Source: an uncultured Gemmatimonadota bacterium | Lineage (GTDB): Bacteria > GCA-2686955 > CAYMWF01 | Length of the DNA stretch: 32,000 bases | Reading direction: 5' to 3' | Assembly: GCA_964394085.1 (NCBI GenBank) | Contig: CAYMWF010000014.1 | Location: forward strand, 27,167 to 59,166 | In this document: positions 15,943 through 22,898 of the stretch, one piece after another | Layout: each line of letters begins with the position of its first letter | Position numbering within the stretch: position 1 is the first letter of the stretch | Translations under genes and position numbers: made by a program | Notes under the pieces: model-generated | The model's input: the letters and a program-made list of their open reading frames with translations, nothing else | Databases searched by the model: none | What the model was told of the DNA's origin: nothing

Positions 15943-17508
15943 ATGAATAGAAGGGACTGCCTGCGTATTATTTTTTCACTGGTCATACTCTCATTTACGG
16001 TCTTGACAGCGACAGCCCAGATGGTGAGCGGCGGTTCGGATGACGATAACCGGCAGGCTGAAAGAGGCAAACTCGGTCTTTTCGAAGCCGAGTATGAAGG
16101 CGAGTTCGGCCGGCAGCTCGAATCCAAATTGATGAAGCTTACCGGGAGTGAATATTTTCTGGTGCAGGTGGATATCTCACTCTATGCAGAACAGGACAGA
16201 GATCGTTTCGGCGGCATGACCTATGATAACAGGGCGTCCTTGCCCGGATTACCCGTATCACGATCGACGGAGGTGGATGAAGGCAGCGAAAATTATTTCA
16301 TCTCATCGATGAATATTCAACTTTTTTACGATGAGAGCATTGATCAGGAAATTCTAGCCGAAGCCAGAAAATGGGTGCCTTACTGGCTTCCTACGGACAA
16401 TGCCAATCTCGAATTCATTCCCGTGACCTTTAACAGAGAACTCGGCTATGCGGACCGTCTGAAAATGTTTTTCATGTCACTGGCCGGAGTCGTTTTCGCA
16501 CTGCTTCTTCTCCTGGGTTTGTTCCTTCTATTCAAAATGATTTCGAAAACTTTGAAGTCCGCGCTCAGGGAAGGGAGTGACATGGACGCCAGTCTGATCA
16601 GTGAAACAGAAGGTGGTGGAGCGCCGACGCCCGGATCCGGGGTCGGCGGCGATCAGGGGGATGGTGATGGGGCTGGTGGAGCCGGTTCGTCTTCACTCAG
16701 TGATCTGGCCGAGCAGCTGGGTGACGCCGAATCCCTTGACGGATTATCGGGAATGATGGGTGGCGGACCCCAAAAATCGCAAGCGAGGAAATCGAAAGTG
16801 AGACCATTACACGAAAAATCTTTTGCGTTTCTGCTGAACTTGTCAGACGAGCAGATACTGAGCCTTATAAGAGAGTTACCCCCACAGCACATCGCGGTTG
16901 TACTGTCAAGTTTTATTCCCGAACGGGCCAGCGCTCTTTTCAGGATGCTGGACAGCGATCAGCAAATGACGATTGCCGAGCTTCTTGCAGATGAAGATAC
17001 GATACAGAGCGAAGAGCTTCTCCAATTAAAGGAACTGCTGCAGGAGCGTCTCCGCAGCAGGTTCATAGAACCGATGGAAGTGAGCAGGGGAGGAGAAGGC
17101 TTTTTCTCTTCACTTACTTCGCATCTCGACCTGGGTCTGCTCTCCAATCTCGTGGATAATCTCAAAGATCGCAACCCGGACCTTGCGCGGCAGATACGAA
17201 AGAAGCTGTTTCTGTTTGAGGATACTGTACAGCTCGAGGATAATGCGATAAGGATGATAATACAGGCAATCGATTTGAAGGTGCTCGCATTGGCATTGAG
17301 AGATTCGTCACTGGAGGTTAAGGATAAATTCATCCGGAACTGTTCGGACAGGGTACAGGACATAATCGAGGAAGAGCTTGAGATAAGTGTCTCTCAGCCG
17401 AATGAACTTGCCGAGCTTGCGCAAATTGAAGTCGTTAAACTAGTGAGGAATCTTGCAGAGGCCGGCCGGATCGAACTTCCGGTCGCCAATGAATTACCAA
17501 TTCAGTAA
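15943..17508 (+). CDS. membrane-anchored FliG-like protein: N-terminal TM/signal, ~150-aa extracytoplasmic domain, TM helix, Gly/Asp-rich linker, then FliG middle and C-terminal (torque) domains
   Basis: ATG at 15943 behind GGGAGG. TM1 'CLRIIFSLVILSFTVLTATA' follows 'NRRD'. TM2 'MFFMSLAGVVFALLLLLGLFLLF' (about 16465-16542) is followed by 'KMISKTLK', consistent with the positive-inside rule. Linker: 'GGGAPTPGSGVGGDQGDGDGAGGAG'. FliG_M-like: 'LIRELPPQHIAVVLSSFIPERASALFRML'. FliG_C-like: 'LFLFEDTVQLEDNAIRMIIQAIDLKVLALALRDSSLEVKDKFIRNCSDRVQDIIEEELE...QIEVVKLVRNLAEAGRIEL'. The last segment aligns position by position with the E. coli FliG C-terminus as I remember it. Confidence 0.8.
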   Translation: MNRRDCLRIIFSLVILSFTVLTATAQMVSGGSDDDNRQAERGKLGLFEAEYEGEFGRQLESKLMKLTGSEYFLVQVDISLYAEQDRDRFGGMTYDNRASLPGLPVSRSTEVDEGSENYFISSMNIQLFYDESIDQEILAEARKWVPYWLPTDNANLEFIPVTFNRELGYADRLKMFFMSLAGVVFALLLLLGLFLLFKMISKTLKSALREGSDMDASLISETEGGGAPTPGSGVGGDQGDGDGAGGAGSSSLSDLAEQLGDAESLDGLSGMMGGGPQKSQARKSKVRPLHEKSFAFLLNLSDEQILSLIRELPPQHIAVVLSSFIPERASALFRMLDSDQQMTIAELLADEDTIQSEELLQLKELLQERLRSRFIEPMEVSRGGEGFFSSLTSHLDLGLLSNLVDNLKDRNPDLARQIRKKLFLFEDTVQLEDNAIRMIIQAIDLKVLALALRDSSLEVKDKFIRNCSDRVQDIIEEELEISVSQPNELAELAQIEVVKLVRNLAEAGRIELPVANELPIQ

Positions 17509-17529
17509 ATAACCGGAGGATAGTCGCCG

Positions 17530-17739
17530 ATGATCACGATTCATAGGCTGGACGGAACAGAACTGGTTTTAAATGCGGAACTTATCGAGAATCTGGAACG
17601 AAAGCCCGACACAATTATCACCTTGACCAACGGCAAACGCCTGGTTGCGAAAGAAAGTGTCGAGGATATTTGTGATCTGGTGATTGAATACAGGCGAACG
17701 GTTTACAGCCGGAAGAGAGATAAGGATGCAGGGGTCTGA
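17530..17739 (+). CDS. flbD: FlbD family protein (flagellar-operon small protein)
   Basis: 69 aa. 'MITIHRLDGTELVLNAELIENLERKPDTIITLTNGKRLVAKESVEDICDLVIEYRR' matches the FlbD family pattern (RLNG..., ..IE..PDT.ITL.NGKK..V.ESV.EV...V.EY). GGAGGA RBS upstream. It sits directly upstream of motA-motB, as in spirochaete and Firmicute flagellar operons. Confidence 0.88.
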   Translation: MITIHRLDGTELVLNAELIENLERKPDTIITLTNGKRLVAKESVEDICDLVIEYRRTVYSRKRDKDAGV

Positions 17740-17757
17740 AAAAACAGGAGCTGAGTT

Positions 17758-18504
17758 GTGGGCGTATTCAGTTTATTAGCGTTAATGATTGGGTTTGTTA
17801 TCGTAGCGGGATCGATCGTACTGAACGGAGATCCGCAATGGTTCATTTTCTGGCCGGGAGTGGCGATTACCATGGGCGGCACAGCCTGTGTGGCGATAGT
17901 AGCATATCCGATTCGCCAGATCGGGCACTCGGCGAGAGTGTTTTTCCAGATGGCCGCCAGGAGGAATCCAAAACCCGAAAAGGCTTATGATCGACTCCTG
18001 GATATAGCCCGAACGGCCCGTCGCGAAGGATTCGTCGGCCTTTCGCTGGATGAGAAAAAAGACAGTAATCTGCAATTCCTCCAGACGGGAGTAGAACTTC
18101 TGGCGGATGGAGCCGATCCCGACCAGATTACCGCGATTATGGATTCCAAGTCGGATATGGTTTCGGAGGAATACCTGGTAGGTGAAAAACTTTTTACGAC
18201 GCTGGGAACCGTCGCACCGATGTGGGGCCTGCTCGGGACCGTTATCGGTCTCATCCTCATGTTGAATAATGTCGATAATCCTGAATTGATTCCCAAATCG
18301 ATGGCGATCGCCATGGTGACGACTTTTTACGGCATTTTTCTTGCGGCTCTTTTTATGATTCCTATTGCCATGAAATTCAAAAGCTTCAGAGAGAAGGATG
18401 AAAAAATCCGGGAGATGATTATAAGAGGGGTTCTCTCAATCCAGTCCGGCGACAGTTCCAGGATCGTGCAGGAGAAACTCGAATCTTACAACCTTCTGAG
18501 GTAG
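17758..18504 (+). CDS. motA: MotA/PomA-type stator channel subunit (MotA_ExbB family)
   Basis: GTG start behind AGGAG. Four TM segments. The cytoplasmic loop is charged ('ARTARREGFVGLSLDEKKD'). TM3 is 'LGTVAPMWGLLGTVIGLILML' and TM4 is 'AMVTTFYGIFLAALFMIPIAMKF', each with the conserved Pro. At 248 aa it has no long C-terminal tail. Confidence 0.88.
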   Translation: MGVFSLLALMIGFVIVAGSIVLNGDPQWFIFWPGVAITMGGTACVAIVAYPIRQIGHSARVFFQMAARRNPKPEKAYDRLLDIARTARREGFVGLSLDEKKDSNLQFLQTGVELLADGADPDQITAIMDSKSDMVSEEYLVGEKLFTTLGTVAPMWGLLGTVIGLILMLNNVDNPELIPKSMAIAMVTTFYGIFLAALFMIPIAMKFKSFREKDEKIREMIIRGVLSIQSGDSSRIVQEKLESYNLLR

Positions 18505-18509
18505 GAATA

Positions 18510-19256
18510 ATGAGCACAAGAGGTCTTTATACTCAAAAGAAGCGAGCTGGCTCCGGAACCGCCCTCCCACCTTGGATTACAACCTACAGCGATCTCATCA
18601 GCCAGCTACTGGTTTTCTTTATCATGTTGTTTTCTCTGACAAAAGCCGGCAGGATCGTAGAGCTCCAGGAATCCCTCAAGGAGTTCCAGGAAAAAGTCGA
18701 AATGGGATACCTTGTCAAGGACGGTGAGAAGCCGGGTGAAGTGGTGCTGAGGCTGGAGGCGGAGGTCCTTTTCGATTCCGGAAAGGCTCTGTTGAAGGAG
18801 ACCGCCCGACCTGCGCTCGACAATGTATATGAAATCATCCTGGAAGACATAGATCGCAGGGGGGCCGCAACCATCAGAGTGGAGGGGCATACCGATACGA
18901 GGCCCATTCACACAGTGAGGTTCCCCTCCAACTGGGAGTTGTCGGCGGCAAGAGCCATCAGTGTCGTCAGGTATTTCCTGGCAAAGGGGCTTTTTACGCC
19001 GGATAATATGCAGGCGGTGGGCTTCGGAGAGTTCAAACCGATAGCTCCCAACGACACCTACGCGAACATGCAGAAGAACCGCCGGGTAGAGATCAAGATC
19101 ATCAGAACCAATATCACTACCGAGGATGTCGCATTTCCAACCCTTACCGAGGAAGGAATTATCACTGTCGATACACTCGGACAGGAGTTGGTAATTCCGC
19201 ATATCGATAAGAAATTCGAGGAATTTTTAGGGGAAATCGATACTGTCGAACAGTAA
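18510..19256 (+). CDS. motB: MotB-type stator subunit with OmpA-like peptidoglycan-binding domain
   Basis: The single TM 'PPWITTYSDLISQLLVFFIMLFSL' carries the conserved proton-binding Asp (YSDL). OmpA_C-like region: 'RVEGHTDTRPI...SNWELSAARAISVVRYF...NRRVEIKI'. It starts 5 nt after the motA stop. Confidence 0.9.
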   Translation: MSTRGLYTQKKRAGSGTALPPWITTYSDLISQLLVFFIMLFSLTKAGRIVELQESLKEFQEKVEMGYLVKDGEKPGEVVLRLEAEVLFDSGKALLKETARPALDNVYEIILEDIDRRGAATIRVEGHTDTRPIHTVRFPSNWELSAARAISVVRYFLAKGLFTPDNMQAVGFGEFKPIAPNDTYANMQKNRRVEIKIIRTNITTEDVAFPTLTEEGIITVDTLGQELVIPHIDKKFEEFLGEIDTVEQ

Positions 19257-19281
19257 AAAGATCTAATGGTATTGGGGAAAT

Positions 19282-22200
19282 ATGCAAACCAAAAGCAAAA
19301 CTTTACTAATCTTCACAACCATTTTTATTCTTGCTGCCCACCATGCCGTTCTCGCTCAGCAGGCGGAGTTTGATTTCAGCAGGTGGCCCGGAACCGTAAA
19401 CCTGGAAGGAGAACACTTGGGGGATCTCCTCGGTTCCACCGTCGTTGCCGGTGATTTTGACGGTGACGGGTGGCAGGATCTTGTTATCGGAGCACCCCAA
19501 TCTGATGAGCCGGGCAAAGCTTCCTGCGGCAAGGTATACGTTATTTACGGAAAAGCGGGATACGAGGGGAGCTACGTGTTAGACGATCCGTTCGTCGATC
19601 ATTTGACCCTCTCGGGTGATACAGGGAATGATGAACTCGGCAATGTTATCGATGTATGGGATGTGGAAGGAAACGGATCGGATGATCTGCTGCTGGGGGC
19701 TCCAAAGGCGGATGTCTCCGGTAAGGTTGATGCAGGAAAGATTTATCTGTTATACGGGGGATCAAGGACGACAGGGGAGTTCAATATCGGTGAATTTCCA
19801 GGTATGCTCCGGGTTGATGGAAACGAGGCTGCGGATCAGTTCGGCGCGTCGGTTGCAGCCGGTGATTTTACCGGTGATCTTGAAACCGATTTGATTGTGG
19901 GCGCTCCGCTTGCGGAGCCAGCCGGTGAAGCGTCTACAACGGGCATCGCCTATCTTCTGAAAGGACCGCTTGGAAGCGGAGTGAAAACTCTGGATGCACT
20001 TGCATCGATGGTAGTTTACGGCGAACAGACCGATGATCGCCTCGGTTCGCAGGTTCTCGGGCTTAATTTAAACGACACCGGTCCGGATGATATGGTCTTT
20101 GCCGCTCCCAACGCGGATCTGCCCGACGAGCAGAGGGAGCGAGGCATTCTTTACGTAATGTTCGGCTCAGGATCACTGCCCGCGGAGGTTGAATTGGCCC
20201 AGGGGGATTCCGCTGATGTGACGATGGCCGGAAATGCAGGCTCTTCCCGTTTCGGAACCGCACTCGATGGGGGTGATATAGACGGGAACGGGTACGATGA
20301 GATTGTAGCCGGGGCACCGGGCGGCGGAAGCGTATTGGTAATCGAAGGACGGTCGAGCTTCGACCCTTTCATCGATTTGACCTATTCCAGTCCCGCTCTG
20401 TCAATATCCGGCAGTGATTCTCTCGGGTCGGTGCTTCAGGTAAATGATTACACCGGGGATGGTCTGGCTGACATCTTTTTAGGTACACCTGCCACCGCTC
20501 CGAGCGGGAAAGCATACCTGGTAAACGGCGGTCCGTTGACAGGGGCATCAGGCTCGGTTCCCGATCTGGGCCGCTGTATTTTCAGCGGAGACAGAACCGG
20601 CGATAGACTTGGTCAGGCTGTCTGCCTGGGTGATTTTGTTAAAGACGGCAAACCCGATATGATCATCGGCGCTCCCCAGGCTGAGGGAGAAGAAGGTACA
20701 GATGCCGGGCTCGTTTATATCGTGAAGGGCGGGACGCCATACTTGACCGATCTTTATCCAGGATACGGGGAGAGTGGAATACCAGCGGATTTCGACATGG
20801 AATTCTGGATTCGGGATGACCTTACTGCAAGTGAAGAGGACATCAATCTCAACACATTGGAAGTATATCTTTCGGGGTATACCTTCACTGCAGCGGATTT
20901 CGACACCACGGGCTCAGTTGGTGCGGAGGCGATTCACGTGCTTCTCGATATAGTGCCCGGCACCTTCCTGCCCAATACAGCCGTCGACGCTGAGATAACT
21001 GGATTCGACAAGGCCGGTAACGAGATCCCGACGACACAGTACGTTTTCCATATGCTGAATGATTTCACGGGGCCTTGGCTCGAGAACATTGCTCCTCCGG
21101 ATTCTTCGAAATACCAGCCGGTTCAGCCGGAAATCGCCTTCAGCATTCTCGACGCCGCCAGCGGTGTGGATCTCGATGAAGTCTGGATGCATGTCGCCTA
21201 CGATACAACGGCGGGCATGCCCGTTACCGACACCTTCTTCCCTAAAACGGATACGTTGATCGTGGTTGACACCATTTCGGTATCCCCACTGGGATACAGA
21301 ATCAGCTATATACCGCCTGAGCCCTTTATGATGGGCGACCAGATACATGTAGAAGTCGAAGGAAAAGACTTCGCGGGTTTTCCTCTGCAGGATCCCCGGA
21401 AGTGGCTCTTTACCACGGTGGACAATGATACTTTACCGCCCATCCTACAGAATGAATTTCCCGCGAACGGCGCTTCCGGAGTAGAGGTCCAGGCTGTAAA
21501 TGTGGATGGCTTTCTGGTAGAGATCTATGATGAGCAAACAGGGGTTAATCCCGCATCCATAGATGTCACCAGGACTTACGAAGCTATTTCAGGAGACACG
21601 ACAGTATCGATCACAGATTTGATCGAAATCGGGAGAATTGATGCGAATCTTTATACTGTCTCGTATCGTCCGACCGGACAGGAAGGTGATCCTCAGTTTC
21701 AGTATGGCGAAACAGCCAGGTTCAATGTACGTGCTTTTGATCTTGCGTTCGAGCCGAACCTGATGGATACGACATATTCATTCATCCTCGAAACCGACAT
21801 AAATCCGCCGGAGATCACCGGACGGCAGCCGAACCCTGACCTGGTCGATTCGATATCGGTGTTCTCAGAAATCAAGTTCGATATCACCGATGACAAGAGC
21901 GGAGTCGATGACTCTACGATCGTTTTCAAGGTGAATAATGAAGAAATAGACATTGAGGACCTGATCTCTCCGAATGAATACCTGGGATATACGATCAGAT
22001 ACCCGAACATCCCTGACTCCCTGGAACAGGTGCCGCTCCCAGAAGATACGGTCACCGTTTCCGCCTGGGCCGCCGATAACGTCGGCAACGAGATGGTGCT
22101 GCCGGAAGAATGGAGTTTTATCGCCGTTCCGGATTCAAGAACGCCCAGGATGACATTTTCGATGGAAATGCTTCTGGTGGAGCAGTCCGACACTATAGAA

Positions 22201-22881
22201 GTCTGGGAGACAATCCCGCCTTCCGATTACCTCCTCAATAAAATCCCGCAGGACTCGATCCGTATCTCCTTTACCGTAACGGATACTATTGATGAATGGG
22301 AATCAGGTATCGACCTGTCGACGATGCTGATAATGATGGAGCTTGAGAATACCGGTCCGCCCCCGATCATTCTTCTCAGTGAGGGTGAGGAAACCCATAC
22401 CGGGTACAAAACCGGCACCATGGATATCGACGAAACTGAATCACCCGGTTTATATAACGTTAGTTTCGAACCGGACCGTCTTTCAATTGCCGAAGAGGTG
22501 ACACTGTCCGTCTCTGTCAGGGATAAGGGCGGAATCCAGGTGGTGGAGCAGTTACGGTTTAATATCAGTTACGGCGGAAGGCTCAATAAACCGTTCCCTC
22601 CTATAATCACTCCGGCTCATGGCTCAGATCCGAATAACCGAACGACAATCCTTTTCCTTGGTGAGGGTTCGGGAACATTTACGCTTTACAACCTTGAAGG
22701 ATACGCGGTTTACAGCGAGGAGAACATACCTCCTCTCAGCGGCTCCCTGTACAAAGTGACATGGGGCGGAGAATACGGCGCACCGGGGAGCAGCCAGAGA
22801 ATCGTACCGGCCGGTCTTTATGTATATCAATTCAAATCGAGCTCAAAGGTTTATAACGGCACAATCGCCGTAGCGCGTTAA
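19282..22881 (+). CDS. large secreted protein: signal peptide, seven FG-GAP repeats (integrin-alpha-like beta-propeller), about five tandem Ig-like modules, and a T9SS-type/FlgD-Ig-like C-terminal domain
   Basis: Signal 'LLIFTTIFILAAHHAVLAQQ'. Seven repeats end in ...GAP: GDFDGDGWQDLVIGAP, WDVEGNGSDDLLLGAP, GDFTGDLETDLIVGAP, LNDTGPDDMVFAAP, GDIDGNGYDEIVAGAP, NDYTGDGLADIFLGTP, GDFVKDGKPDMIIGAP (about 19399-20736). The module motif 'D..SG(V/I)D..(S/T)(I/L)' recurs roughly every 110-135 aa (about 20.8-22.4 kb). The C-terminal ~80 aa are 'FTLYNLEGYAVYSE...LYKVTWGG...VPAGLYVYQFKSSSKVYNGTIAVAR'. Confidence 0.8.
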   Translation: MQTKSKTLLIFTTIFILAAHHAVLAQQAEFDFSRWPGTVNLEGEHLGDLLGSTVVAGDFDGDGWQDLVIGAPQSDEPGKASCGKVYVIYGKAGYEGSYVLDDPFVDHLTLSGDTGNDELGNVIDVWDVEGNGSDDLLLGAPKADVSGKVDAGKIYLLYGGSRTTGEFNIGEFPGMLRVDGNEAADQFGASVAAGDFTGDLETDLIVGAPLAEPAGEASTTGIAYLLKGPLGSGVKTLDALASMVVYGEQTDDRLGSQVLGLNLNDTGPDDMVFAAPNADLPDEQRERGILYVMFGSGSLPAEVELAQGDSADVTMAGNAGSSRFGTALDGGDIDGNGYDEIVAGAPGGGSVLVIEGRSSFDPFIDLTYSSPALSISGSDSLGSVLQVNDYTGDGLADIFLGTPATAPSGKAYLVNGGPLTGASGSVPDLGRCIFSGDRTGDRLGQAVCLGDFVKDGKPDMIIGAPQAEGEEGTDAGLVYIVKGGTPYLTDLYPGYGESGIPADFDMEFWIRDDLTASEEDINLNTLEVYLSGYTFTAADFDTTGSVGAEAIHVLLDIVPGTFLPNTAVDAEITGFDKAGNEIPTTQYVFHMLNDFTGPWLENIAPPDSSKYQPVQPEIAFSILDAASGVDLDEVWMHVAYDTTAGMPVTDTFFPKTDTLIVVDTISVSPLGYRISYIPPEPFMMGDQIHVEVEGKDFAGFPLQDPRKWLFTTVDNDTLPPILQNEFPANGASGVEVQAVNVDGFLVEIYDEQTGVNPASIDVTRTYEAISGDTTVSITDLIEIGRIDANLYTVSYRPTGQEGDPQFQYGETARFNVRAFDLAFEPNLMDTTYSFILETDINPPEITGRQPNPDLVDSISVFSEIKFDITDDKSGVDDSTIVFKVNNEEIDIEDLISPNEYLGYTIRYPNIPDSLEQVPLPEDTVTVSAWAADNVGNEMVLPEEWSFIAVPDSRTPRMTFSMEMLLVEQSDTIEVWETIPPSDYLLNKIPQDSIRISFTVTDTIDEWESGIDLSTMLIMMELENTGPPPIILLSEGEETHTGYKTGTMDIDETESPGLYNVSFEPDRLSIAEEVTLSVSVRDKGGIQVVEQLRFNISYGGRLNKPFPPIITPAHGSDPNNRTTILFLGEGSGTFTLYNLEGYAVYSEENIPPLSGSLYKVTWGGEYGAPGSSQRIVPAGLYVYQFKSSSKVYNGTIAVAR

Positions 22882-22898
22882 CAACGGGGAAAATCAGG

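Noticed and set aside
16653-17363. Minus-strand ORFs 16653..16892 and 16959..17363 opposite the FliG-like gene. Likewise 23868..24158 and 23897..24118 opposite the coiled-coil region.
   Set aside because: They are generated by low-complexity coding sequence on the plus strand (GGN/GAY linker and GAG/CAG coiled coil), whose complement is also stop-free. No independent support was found.
17758-19256. MotA/MotB pair as a Zorya (ZorAB) anti-phage module or as TolQR/ExbBD
   Set aside because: MotA is 248 aa and lacks the long ZorA C-terminal tail, and no ZorC/D-like genes are adjacent. MotB has an OmpA-like PG-binding domain, unlike TolR/ExbD. FlbD and a FliG-like gene immediately upstream point to flagellar-type ancestry.
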